Shown: positions 13,951-26,100 of the stretch, piece after piece
Position numbering within the stretch: position 1 is the first letter of the stretch
Layout: every line of letters starts with the position of its first letter
The notes under the pieces: model-generated
What the model saw: the letters and a program-made list of their open reading frames with translations, nothing else
The model's database searches: none
Told to the model about the DNA's origin: nothing
Origin: Euprymna scolopes
Lineage: Eukaryota
Assembly (NCBI GenBank): GCA_053919585.1
Contig: CM132785.1
DNA length: 64,000 nt
Strand: one strand, 5' to 3'
Program-made: the position numbers and the translations under genes

Positions 13951-14799
13951 ACGTTTTTCCTTTCCGCTAGGATTCTTTTTAGCCTGTTTCTAATTTTGTT
14001 TTTGGATACTTTAACACTTGATCTTCTTTTAAACTAAATATACTCGTTATTATCTATATCACTAGCCGCAGTGCCATTAAGGATTTGCTTTTTGTAGCTT
14101 AACCATATTCTATTAAAGAAGGAAAAATTAGAAAGGAAATCAAAATATACTTATAAAATGTCTGCCTTCCATTATATTTAATTGGTTTAAAACCAAATTC
14201 AAGAAAAGGGGTAAATAGGAGGTAGGGTAAAAAAAAAAAGCTCGAGACGTGTTTCGCCCGACACTTTTCAAAATGAACGTCGGCAACGTAAGGAAAAAGG
14301 CGTCCTTTAAAAGCATTGCCAGAAGACCATAAATTATTAGCAAGACTAATAAAATATTAGTAAGGTGAAAAGAACAGGAAACAATCCGAACGAACAATTC
14401 TGAGTTTCAAATTGTTCTTTTTATTTACACAGAAGGTAATTTGTGGGATATCTCGAATTTTTAATTGAATTGAGCGAGCTTACTTTATAAGATAGTGGCA
14501 TCCGTGTATCCACTAGTGCATCTCTGGTACTCCTATAAATGTTCACTGTTGTACTTATCATTTATAAACGCCCAGATGTTGGCTTTTTCTCCCTTCGTAC
14601 CTTATTTAAATCCCCCTTTTTTTTTCCTTCATTATTTTTTTTTAAATAAGATATGGTTAAAATAAAAAGCAAACCTTCAAGAATTTATAATGGCAGTGCC
14701 AGTGCACCCAATGTTGTTCAAATGGTTTATATAAATGGTGCATACTGTATAGAAAGAAACATTTTCTGTCATGAAAATTTTTTCCTCTACTGACCGAGG

Positions 14800-15056
14800 A
14801 CCTCGATATGACTTCAAACTATATCCGACGGTGAGGCCCCAACTTGCGGGATTTGGGAGTGTGGAACCACCATTTAATTGCCACTGATCCCTGATCCACT
14901 CTCATCCGGAGTGGTAGTACCTGTTTGGGTCCCAACTATGGGTTCAATAGGAACCTACTTTAAAAAAAAAGCATTGAAAAAATTTTCAAAATCACTAGAT
15001 TTGGCATTAAATAATCTGAACATGGTTGATACGCCATAAAACAACCAACCAAGCCA
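14800..15056 (+). mobile_element. 5'-truncated SINE-like repeat, family S1
   Basis: Shares ccggagtggtagtacctgtttgggtcccaactatggg core and ggcattaaataa...aaaacaaccaaccaagcc tail with 21828-22121. Confidence 0.7.
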
Positions 15057-16404
15057 CTGACCGAGGGCAGAAAATGTGAAGTATATCAAAACGGATACTA
15101 CACATTCTTCCTAACAGCACACGCATCGAAATTAATATAACTATATTACTCTGTAAGTTCTGTTTTGTGTTTTTGTAAACTGGGAAATATATTTTATTAC
15201 TGTCTTTGATAGAATGCGTTTTTAACAAAAGCAAGTTATTCTGCCCCACCCTGTATAATGGCCTTCAAAAAAATGAAATATTAGTGATTACTATATATAA
15301 ACTCTGGTACTCCTTTTTAAGACTGAAAAATGCTCTTAATGTTAATTTTTATGTTCACAAATATCGGAAAGTATAACTTTTTTCCAGAAAATTCAATGGA
15401 AGATTAGATAATTTTTTCCTGAAACAAACGGCGATCGCAGAGGGAGAGAACGTAAATTTTATTTGTTTACTGATGCGTTTATAATCACAGCAATTGCACT
15501 ATAAAACGATTATTACGTAGACAGTATCTTGTTGCGGAATGATTCGCGAAATATTTCAAGTTTCCAGCCAGTTAAAATATGTAGGTCAAGCATTGTTTGA
15601 TATAAGGTCAGTCCTGGGGCGCCGATTAAATAGAAGACTGAACTATGAGATTCCATCCCTTTGTAGTAAACGTCCTGACCAACTTTGTTTGACCCGAATT
15701 TCCTGTAGCTGGCACTTGCAGGCTGTCCACTTGCACGTTTAATGCCTACTCAGCGTTTGAGTCGCAGGAAATGGCATGAAATAGTATTTGTCGAGTCGAA
15801 TACTTGCCACAATACCAGATATATAAGTTAAAATTGTATGGGGATAGAATACTTTTATTTGTCTACGCGGAAAATATTGTATATTCCTTATTTCAGATAA
15901 AAAATAAAATACTTGTAATGTTTCAAGAGAATATTTACCGGACATAATCGTCTTTGGTAGACGGCGAAATGTTTCTCCCAGACACGAATTCCAATTGTCC
16001 GTTGCTTTAGACGGGTTTATCTTCGCTGGAATATCGACAGATCTGGCAAGAGTCCGCTCTAAGGAAGCTAAGTGTTGTATTAAAACTTAATGTCGTAGAT
16101 TTAATTCGTGAGACAAGTAAAGAACGGAGTTTGTGTTTTGAGCAGTTACATTTCTATCAGTGTTCAAATCTTTTTAGGTTGTGGCAACTTGTATTTAAAT
16201 CTAATCTGCCCTTATTTCGTGGAGCCTGATATCACCCATATTAAAATTGGAGGTTTGTAAATAAATCGGTGTTTTAAACAATTCAACTATTTATAAATTG
16301 TTTATACATTTTCATAATTAGAATGCATGCACTAATGATTTTTGTATGATATACTTAATTACGTTCATTTTGTTTTTTCACCCAGATAGATTTTTATACG
16401 GTAA

Positions 16405-16920
16405 TAAGCGCTCTGGGATAAGGGCTAGTGAATGTAATGTGGCATTGTTGTAATTGTTACTGGTGTAAGTTAAGTACAATTAGATTATTTAAAAGGGTGA
16501 TTAATCCGGAACTTATTGACATTAGACTTGAAGCTTGCCATACTGTAGTGGGTCAGAAAGCAGGCCAATAAAATTGTATTCCAAAGGTCGACAGGTTTAG
16601 GAAATAAGCAGTGTTCATAGAATCTGCGTTTAGATTTAGACACAGTAGGGAGAAACTGTCGATAGTAGTTACAGGTAGTAATTTATTTTTTTTTGTGTGT
16701 GTGAACGTTTGTCAATAAGGGAACAGACTGAAGCTCAGATGAGCACTTGCCATGAAAATTACGACTGAGCATAGACAAGCGGCGTTGCTTCTGTTGGAAA
16801 ACTTGCAGAGAATAAACGGGTATCAGTAGGCCTCGAACTCTATCGCGGCAGGATAGGGTGCAACAAACAACGCTTGCCAAGATGCGGCAACAGTATTCCA
16901 TTATAGGACAGAGCCTTTGC
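16405..16920 (-). mobile_element. LINE 3' fragment (same family as 11935 and 21060)
   Basis: ORF 16683-16901 MEYCCRILAS...NFHGKCSSEL; 3' UTR gggataaggg. Confidence 0.8.
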
Positions 16921-17649
16921 TATGTCATGAGCTATTGCTCTAGAAACTAAGTTTTCATTGAGATTCACTATTGCCTGCAGTCAAGATTTCGCATGACGCT
17001 TGGATAAGAATGTATTGAGGGGTATCATCGATTGTAGAGAATGCTGTCTCACACTCCCAGGTAAATAATGATTATACGGCTGCGCAATGTCTACGGCATT
17101 GCAAATATCTACGAAGGTGCAGCATGATTTTTTTTTCAAACAGTAACCTCCAGACTATGGAAGGAACAAGCAGAATATTATAGATGGGGCGTTAAATATT
17201 TTTAGAGCAAGACAAAATATTTGTCATATGAAACAGTTTTTTATTCCTTATAAAATCGATTTGAAAATATTCCGATGGGATAAAGAATTGGTACTTAGTA
17301 TTTTAAATCAATTTTCAGTGGACGAAAATAAAGTTAAGAGATTATATATTTCATGTCCATCGATGGCTTCGTAAAATGTTATTAGAGACGCACCGTTGTC
17401 ATCTATTTACATGTGTGGAGTTTTTTCCATGTTCATGGTATCCAATATTTATTTGATACATAGCGTTTCAACTTTTTATATGCATTCACAAGTTTTCCTC
17501 ATTGTTCAACCCAAGTAAAATCTAATAAGGATTGTACAAACTGTAGAAAAACAAATGTAAGTTAACGAAATGTTTATTTCGATTGGCTTATACGAGCAGT
17601 CGCTGATAAGCAAAAATCAGGCGCTCAAAATATAAATGCTGGGGGCTGT

Positions 17650-18230
17650 CATGATTTATTCTTGGGACCACTCTTTCTGATCCTCAATGATCTTCCAAAT
17701 CATTTTAGGGCATTAGTAAAAAATAAAATATGCTGACGACACCACAATCTATGGCAAAAATTACATCTTTCAGACTTTTTTTTTCTGATCTTGGTCACGT
17801 GATGCAATGGAGGGGGGTGGATTTATTTTAATGCAGCTAAAACAAAATTTCTGTTCATCATAATCGTTTTGGTCACAATTGAAATGAATGAATATCGTTT
17901 CAGCATTGTCTTAACTCTTCTGGTAATAACATTTATTACCGGTCTGAAATGGAACTCAGATATGAAACCTATTGCCAAGATCACTAGGGAAAATGGTTGG
18001 ATCCTTCTATTGCTCCAGTACGAATCTCTCTGCTTACGCAATCTTCTGTCTTTTATAAAAGCTGCGTCCGTTTCAAAAGTATTTTGCTACATTTCGCCAA
18101 CTGTTAGGAGTACCCTATCCTGCGATCATATTTCAAAACCGGCTTGAAAACGTAGGTGATGAACTTTCTTCTTCCCTACAGCCTCTTTCCCACAGAACAG
18201 ACGTTGCGAGCTTCTCTCATCTTTATTTTC
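17650..18230 (-). mobile_element. Highly decayed Tc1-like transposase relic
   Basis: Weak motifs ERFVLEQ*KDP (HTH region) and C-terminal MP...IRKSGPK resembling SMPxRLxxVIKxKGGPTKY. Confidence 0.35.
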
Positions 18231-19009
18231 GTGGCAACTGTTCGTATGAGTTCCAATCTATAGTCCACTCCCTTGCCAAACCTTTGGAAAAAAACACTAG
18301 ACCAGCCACATTATGAACAGCGCCCCTACCGTATCTAAATCTAAACGCAAATTCCATGAATGCAGCTATTTTTACCGCTTCCCTGCCCACTACAGTATAG
18401 TAGCCTTCAAGTCTAATGTAAAATTCTTGTTGAGCCGTTACCTTACCTAAATTGTACTCAACTAGCACTATAAAGATTACTAAACTACTGCCTTACATTC
18501 ATTAGCACTTACCCTCGAGTAGCACTTGGCCTTAGCTAAGTGGTGACTACCTTGTAAAAAATATAAATGGCAATGTTTGATAAATATATTTTCAAAATTA
18601 TAGTCTTATATCAATAATAAATGTGACATGTGTTACTATTTTTATGTCGATATACGGTCAACAAATCTATTCATGAAATTATTTGGTTATCTTCCGTCGC
18701 AGTAAAATCATGCATGTCCCTGATTTCTTAAACTAATTAACCCATTGTTATGAATTTTTAGCAAGATCTTCCAGGCCTTATATTGAGGTTTATGCAAATG
18801 TTGCAGACTTCGAAAGCCCTTCATGAAATTGTATAATGAACAGCTTTTCAAAATCGTCATGCTATTGTTATCCCTTTTATATATTTCCGATTCTAAGATT
18901 TATTTCAGTATTTTTAAGGATTTTAACACAGAAGTACAACCTTCAATTTAAAAAAAAAATCAAATATTTCAGAATTGCATTTGATTAAGTTGTTCTGAAT
19001 TTGTATTTC

Positions 19010-20610
19010 ATAATACGACTACATTATCTTAAAAATAAAGTGCACTAATCTGACTGAAGAATGGTCCTTACCCCATTTTCAGTTCAAAGATTGGAAATTT
19101 ATATATGGGATATTCGGACCTATGGATTTTAGCCAGATAAATAGCTTCTAGGGCATACAAATTGAAAAGTTTAACTTGACTCTCGTAGTGCGACCTTATT
19201 TGCATGTTCAAATGGTTATTTAGTTCCGAGTTTTGAAATGCATAGCCCTTTAGCTAGAATATATGTGAATACTGCTAAAGCGCTGAATGTTTGGCTTCCA
19301 TTCTCTGGTGGCAGAATTTTTCATTTTGAACTCTCTATATTAGATACGATAAAAATCAATAGAATTGACTATAATAAATACGAAATCTGGATGAATTAAT
19401 ATATCTGTTTGGAAAAAAAACGTTTACTTCTGTGCACAGTTCGAGATGTTTTGCTGAATTAGTATCGTAATCATTTTCTCCCGTTCAGGTATAGTACTTA
19501 TTATTTTAAGATTTACCGTCTCGGTAAAATGAATATTAGGAGCATCTGAGACTTTGCATGCTATATGAATTAAAAACTCAGTTGCAGAATCTATAAGGAA
19601 TATTGGAACTCTTAATAGGATAAATGTTCTAAATGATAGAACATGTAAACGGTGGTTGGCTAAATTTTCTTCGTGGGACTTTAACATGTCAGCTCAGATT
19701 TTCGGGGAGGCGAAAATCAGTTGAATCCAAAGTTAATCGGCAGAGAATTAACTCAACAGTTTAATACAGCACACACCACAATCGTTTCATTCCTTCACGA
19801 GTTAGGAAAAATATCAAAACTAAGACACTGGGTTCTTCACGATTTGAGCGACGCTCATCGAAATCAGATTGTTTGCATAACCTTTTTTTTTTTTTTTTTT
19901 TTTTTTTTCTAGGACTCGCCAAGAACCATTATTGTAAAGAACTGTAATTGGAGATAAATGGATTCCTTCCAAAAATATTCAATGTAAAAGACGATAGTAA
20001 GACCGAAAGCAGTAAACAACCCGTTTCAAAACAAGGACTATACCCAAAATTAATGCTCTTTATAGTGGAGCATGACAGCTGATTGAGTTACTAGAACGTA
20101 AAAAAATCGCGGCAAAAAAATATCATTCGCAACTAGATGATCTAAGATGCTCTATCAAATAAAAAATGGGCAGCATTACTTGATAAGGGTGTAGTGCTTG
20201 GGTATGGTAACGCAAGATCTCGCAAAGCAAGATACATTCAGGAAAAGAGCAGGAGGCTTAATTGGGACGCTTTGCGACACCCGCCCTATTCACCTGATAA
20301 TCCTCCATCCGATTAAAATCTTTTCCGGTCCTTGCAAAATCATTTAAGCACTAAAATTCATGACCCCCACCCCTCGAACGACTAAAATTACCTGAATATT
20401 TATCTCCAAAATTGGATTTTATTTTTAGCAAGCATTAAGAAGCTACTGGATATTGTGACAGAAGTCATAGGAAATGAAGAAAATTAGGATCAAGAATGTA
20501 ATGTGAATGTTTACAATGAAATGAATGTGCTGTACAAAAACATTACTTTCTTTCCAAGCTGATATATTTAAACTTATTTTACAACCAGGCAACGCCGAGC
20601 GGCGTGCTAG
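19010..20610 (+). mobile_element. Helitron-like family B copy interrupted by a mariner
   Basis: 3' end accaggcaacgccgagcggcgtgCTAG at 20584-20610; 19090-19400 resembles the reverse complement of family B copies at 59518 and 61707; sequence is continuous once the mariner is removed. Confidence 0.6.
19404..20562 (+). mobile_element. Near full-length dead mariner transposon
   Basis: TA-flanked degenerate TIRs (tctgtttggaaaaaaaacg / cattactttctttccaagctga); transposase motifs EHLRLCMLYEL, RTCKRWLAKF, WVLHDL (WVPHEL), VIGDKW, HPPYSPDNPPSD (YSPDL), with stops and frameshifts. Confidence 0.9.
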
Positions 20611-21059
20611 GTTCAAATATTTTTTTTAGAATAAAGATTTTAGATTGCTTTAATTGTATGAGTATATTCATGAGGTAATAAGATATTTTCTTATTTAAAA
20701 TAGGAAATAAAATGTAGAAATGTGTTGGTTACTTGCGCAGAATACTAGGATATGAAATGCAAATGTTCTTGCGTTTTGTGTTGAAATTATAAAATCTAAA
20801 CTTTACGAAAAATGATCCAGTACAAAATAATTCAAAATCGAATTTATCGATTCCGAGCTTCAACGAATGTTTTTAATGTGACCTCCCCCCCCCACTGCGA
20901 TTAATTCTGTGTGACACTCATTTTCTTTGCTCACAATCAAAATCCGCCATTTTCAAATACAAAATTTCGGACCGATAGTATGTATGGCTTTTTATCTTGG
21001 GCACGTGGTACAATGGGGAAAAGTGGATGGTTACTTTTAATGCATCTAAAACCAAGTTT

Positions 21060-21825
21060 TTATCTTTACATCAACGCTCTGATCCCTATCTGGCATAAAC
21101 TGAAATGAATTACTCTCTGGGGAGGCCTCATGTTTTGACAAGCTTCTGGGCTTGACCTTTACTCCTGGTTTGTAATGGAACACGTACATCAAAATCCGTT
21201 GCCAAGGCCACTGGAAAAATGGTGGCATCCTTCTATTGATCCAGTAGATATCTCACTGCTGATGCAATTCTCTATCTAAGAGCCAGGTAAGTCCAAGGAT
21301 GGAGTAGTGTTGCCACATCTGGACAGGAACTGCTAGAAAGGACTTATCCTGCCTTGATAGTTCACAATAAATTTTGTAGCCTTGTAGATGTCCTTTTCTC
21401 TTCCTTGCAATCTCTTTCTCACAGATGTTGCGAGTTTGTTTTTGTTTTGTGTTTATTTTCATGTCAAGTGCTCGACTGAGCTTCAACCTATTGTCCCCCC
21501 TCTTAAAACTTTCACAAACCCTCATCTATCTGAAAACTCTATCAACCTCCCCCCATTATTTATCCAAGCCAAAATGTAGATTCCGTTAACAAAATTTCTT
21601 TCTTGGAACTGTATGTCTGTGGGACTCTTCCGTTTTCCTGCTTTCCAGCTGACTACAAAATGGTTGTCTTTAAGTCCAATGTAAGCAAGTTAACAAATTT
21701 ACAGAATTTTCAATACTATCGATTACTATATTGTCCAACTGACTACTGTACACTCTTTAACCCTTATCCTAGAGTGGTCTCTGGCCTTGATAAGTGGTGA
21801 GGCCTATGTAAAAAAAAAAAAAATA
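21060..21825 (+). mobile_element. 5'-truncated LINE (CR1/Jockey group) with poly(A) tail
   Basis: LGLTFTPGL*WNTYI, SPRME*CCHIWTG and YFHVKCSTEL motifs; A-tract 21809-21822. Confidence 0.85.
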
Positions 21826-21827
21826 AA

Positions 21828-22121
21828 GACTAGATCTCCCATATCCACTGGTCCTGGATATGACCTTAAACTATATCCAGTGGTGAGGCCTCAGCTTGCG
21901 GGCTTTTGGTGGTGTAGAGCCACCCATTAATTATCATTGCTCCCAGGTCAACACTGACCCGGAGTGGTAGTACCTGTTTGGGTCCCAACTATGGGTTAAA
22001 TAGAAACTGATTTGAAAAAAAAAACAAATATATTCTATTAAATTTTTTCAAAATCTTTTGATTCGGCATTAAATAACCCGAAAAAGGTTGATATGCCGTA
22101 AAACAAACTACTAACCAAGCC
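21828..22121 (+). mobile_element. SINE-like repeat, family S1
   Basis: Homologous to 14800-15056; sits directly after the LINE A tail. Confidence 0.7.
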
Positions 22122-22667
22122 ATATCCACTAGATCATTTTTCCTATGAAAAAAATCTTTCTGATTTCGACATAGCACGTAAGTACCTGAAATGCATTTGT
22201 TTAAAATTGAACTATTCTCAAAAAGCACTTGCCCTGTTTGGGTTATTAATGTTACCCGTCCTGGGATAGATATTCTAATATATTCTAAATTTGTTGATTT
22301 AAAGGCCTACTTTCAAGTAAGATAATTCGTTAGCTTAATTATTGAAAATATTTTCGAAAGAAATGTCTGATAATTAGATTAAGTGCAAGGGTGTGGTTTA
22401 TAAATCTGCAAGTTTTGTATTTTCCCACGGGTAATAGATGTCAAGGTAGACAAGAGGTTTCTTATTTCAAAAAGAAAATGGGTTGTCCAATATTTTAGGT
22501 CGCCTATTACTAGCACTGCAAAATATATACTAGCGAGTATAAATGTACTCTACAAGGACATAGGTCTAAAATATATTCCGTTTTTTTCCTTTGCCTATGT
22601 CTTTCTATCGCTTCCTCTCTACTACAATAGCAGCAAATGTTTGACATACTCTCTTTATCTTAAGTTT

Positions 22668-22701
<34 letters not shown>

Positions 22702-22750
22702 GTCTCATTCACTGTTCTTTAAAACTATTTGCATAACTAGTATCCTTTTT

Positions 22751-23160
22751 GTCGCTGTTTCCGATGCTCCCGGCTGGGGACGCGCTGTTTCCGATGCTCC
22801 CGGCTGGGGACGCGCTGTCTCCGATGCTCCCGGCTGGGGGCGCGTTGTCTCCGATGCTGGGGGCGCGTTGTCTCCGATGCTCCCGGCTGGGGGCGCGTTG
22901 TCTCCGATGCTCCCGGCTGGGGGCGCGCTGTCTCCGATGCTCCCGGCTGGGGGCGCGCTGTCTCCGATGCTCCCGGCTGGGGGCGCGCTGTCTCCGATGC
23001 TCCCGGCTGGGGGCGCGCTGTCTCCGATGCTCCCGGCTGGGGGCGCGCTGTCTCCGATGCTCCCGGCTGGGGGCGCGCTGTCTCCGATGCTCCCGGCTGG
23101 GGGCGCGCTGTCTCCGATGCTCCCGGCTGGCGGCGCGCTGTGTCCGATGCTCACCGCTGG
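22751..23160. repeat. GC-rich 30-bp tandem array, 14 units (tccgatgctcccggctgggggcgcgctgtc), unit 4 lacking 7 bp
   Basis: ccgatgct occurs at 22761, 22791, 22821, 22851, then every 30 bp from 22874 to 23144; preceded by (CT)n-AG. Confidence 0.97.
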
Positions 23161-26100
23161 CCTGAGCAGCCCAGTAATGTGGACTGTAGAACGGTTGTAT
23201 ACACACAAAGGCTACTGCTTATATTATTGATTCTGCAGAGGTCGGTTGGGCCGACATCTGTGGTTTTGCTCATCACAAATATTTAATACTTACACTTTCT
23301 ATGTTATCTTTGTTATATAAAGTACAGTTTTCTTCTATTTGTCTCGTTTTATTTCAGTTCTCAAATCATAACTTCTTCCTGGAGCAAACAATTGATCACT
23401 GAGAGATGCATAAATATTTGTAGATTCTATTACATTTTATCTTTTGAACGTTTATTAAAGAACTGAAAAACTGTAATTTTACTTTTGAATTATTGACTAT
23501 ACACTAGAATATAGTTTATATTCTATCGTTACTGTGTTCATTTAGTCTAGAGTATGAAACCTATATAAGGTGTTACCAGCCTTGTATAAATCTACTTAGA
23601 GTAGCACATGAGAGAATTTCTTAGGTTTCGAATATTGTTATTTTGAATATTTAGACAGTTTACCTGTAGAGGAAAGGATCATGCCTGTTTGTCCTGACAA
23701 ACGTCTGTATAGAGAACTTGGACACTGAAGAACAATGTCCAATGGACATTAAAGTTTTGTGTGCATAAGTGTAGGTTTATTTTTAGTTTGTGAATCCGTC
23801 TAACATATATAAAAATTATCCATTATGTTTATCCTAGGTTAGCACAGATTTTCAAGTTGTTTACCGGTTTAAGCATTTACAGTACTGAAGGAACTGTTTC
23901 TAACGAGAATTTTCTTTGTAGTCGTTCCTCATCAATTTATATAAGAATTTTGTATGTCCAAGGGCTACAATTATGAAGGGCTGTGAGAGGGCGGGGTGAC
24001 AACGGAGAAAGAGCATAAATACATAGCGATACGAACAGATAGAAGTTTAGTAGAAATGCTACTTTTGTATCGGGCAACGTCGGATAGCCCTACAAGTATA
24101 TAATAAAAAATGAGAAAACTAAGTATGAGTAATATTTGAGTAATTACAAGTGGGCAATGATTCAGATCTGGCATGATGCTTCTCTTTGTAAGAAATGAAA
24201 GCTGAATATGTATCTATAAAAGTTAGTTGACATAACGATATTGATTTTTGGATCTGTCTAAAATCTGAAGAATTTGAGGACTTTGGTTTGCATGAAAACT
24301 CGAGAGCAATCAGTCATGCAAAAATATTTTGGATTTAATGCTCAATTGACAGCATTTGTGATGACACGTGTAACTGCTAATGGGAGTAGAAGTTCATATT
24401 TACTAGTTGACTGGTATAAAATTTAAGATAAGCGCCATGCATAGCATTGTTAAAGAAAATGAGTTGATTACAAGAAAACATTAACAAAAGGTATATTTTT
24501 ACGCTAGGAAAAATGGCAAATGCTCGTGTAGAGAGGTTGCCATAATTACCTGCCAAACGAAAATGTGCCCGTATTTAAAAACTGAAAATTCTGTTATGAA
24601 CTTTTTATTGTTTTTTAAAGTTGATTTTAAATCAAATACGGTTAGTGGAAGAGACGGCATGACTAATTAGCTAATCGCCTTGGATTAAACTTGACCAAAT
24701 ATTTTTGTAAGTCTTGAATGGAAAGATTGGCCTTAAATCATAGTGATAAATGAAATTTTATTTATAGGATATTTGTCTGTAACCTAGTCTAGGAAAAACG
24801 GCTAATTCGAATGGAATAACATTTTTGTAAGAGCCATTGATACTTGAGCCTGCCTTTATAAGCAGACAAGATGACATATGATCATTTTCTAAAAATAGCT
24901 TTATCATTTTGAGGCGTCAGTATATCAAAATATACGAATTATTCTTCATGTACAAAAGCTAGATTAGATGAATCTGGGACGTCTTGTGATTTTTTTTCTT
25001 TTTTTTTTACGCCACTGGATTGAGAATACATATCACATGTGGATTAGCAGGTTATACTGAATTTTATTTTTATATAAAGCAATTTTGAGGGCATTTATTG
25101 CGGGAAGATTTGCCTTTTTGATTACATGTATAGCCTGATATTAAATTGTCAAAAGTATGGAACTGGCCAGGCTCAACTTCGTAACTTCGGCTATCTAACA
25201 AAAGTCGGTGTCGACGTCACTAATCTGTTTTATCATGACATTATTTACAAGACACGAAAGTAAGTGTTCCTCTTTTTATATGCCTTTCCTAATTGGACCA
25301 ACAGTTTGCCGTGGTTGGCAACTTGTGACGCTTGAAAATGGGATCTTGTTGGCTGAGCAGTCCATTAAGCGAAAAAGTAGATATGCACACTGCAACACTC
25401 AACTTTGACCATTATCCTGGCTAGACAGGCGCTGGGAGATGCCCAATTCGATTAATCGGCTCCTCGCGTCAAGCCGCGCCATTTAAAACACGTGTCGAGA
25501 TACTCGGCGTTCATATTCTAGTTACGATCCCCACGAAAAACTAATTGCCCCCCTCTCAAATACTGTTAAGCAGTAGCTAAGTCTTAAATAATTATTTGAA
25601 TATATAAGTAACTTGAAGAATAAAACCTTCAAGATGACTGGATTCGGCATGAAATAAAGTAAAAAAGCGTTAGTATGCTGCTACAATTAAAGGAAAGTTA
25701 TAATACTCTGCGGTAAAACATTGCAATTTAAGATTTTGATAACGCCACTGTTTATAATTTTTGTGTTATCCTGGAAAGTATATTGGATATATATCTACAT
25801 CAATTCGAAGAGTGTGTGTAGAATTTTAATGGAACATCTTCATTATGCTAAGATAGAATTCATTCGATGACATAATACTAGAAATCTAACGTAAGCAAAT
25901 TTGGCTATCAATTCTTTTTTGTCAAGGCTCGATTCTATATTAGTCTTAAATGTGATTGTTACTAACGGAGACTTAGCATCTGTTTGCATAAAGCTAAATT
26001 ATATTTTTATGAATATACGATTATGCCATATTTATCTTCTAGTTTACTATGTCAGACTAATATATTTTACTGTTCAATTCAGGGCAAGTTTAGCATCTGT

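Noticed and set aside
22751-23160. CRISPR array or genuine GSIGDSAPPA / QRAPSREHRR / MLPAGGALSP proteins
   Set aside because: Units are head-to-tail with no unique spacers and no cas genes. A stop-free 30-bp unit keeps all frames open, so ORF length is not evidence.
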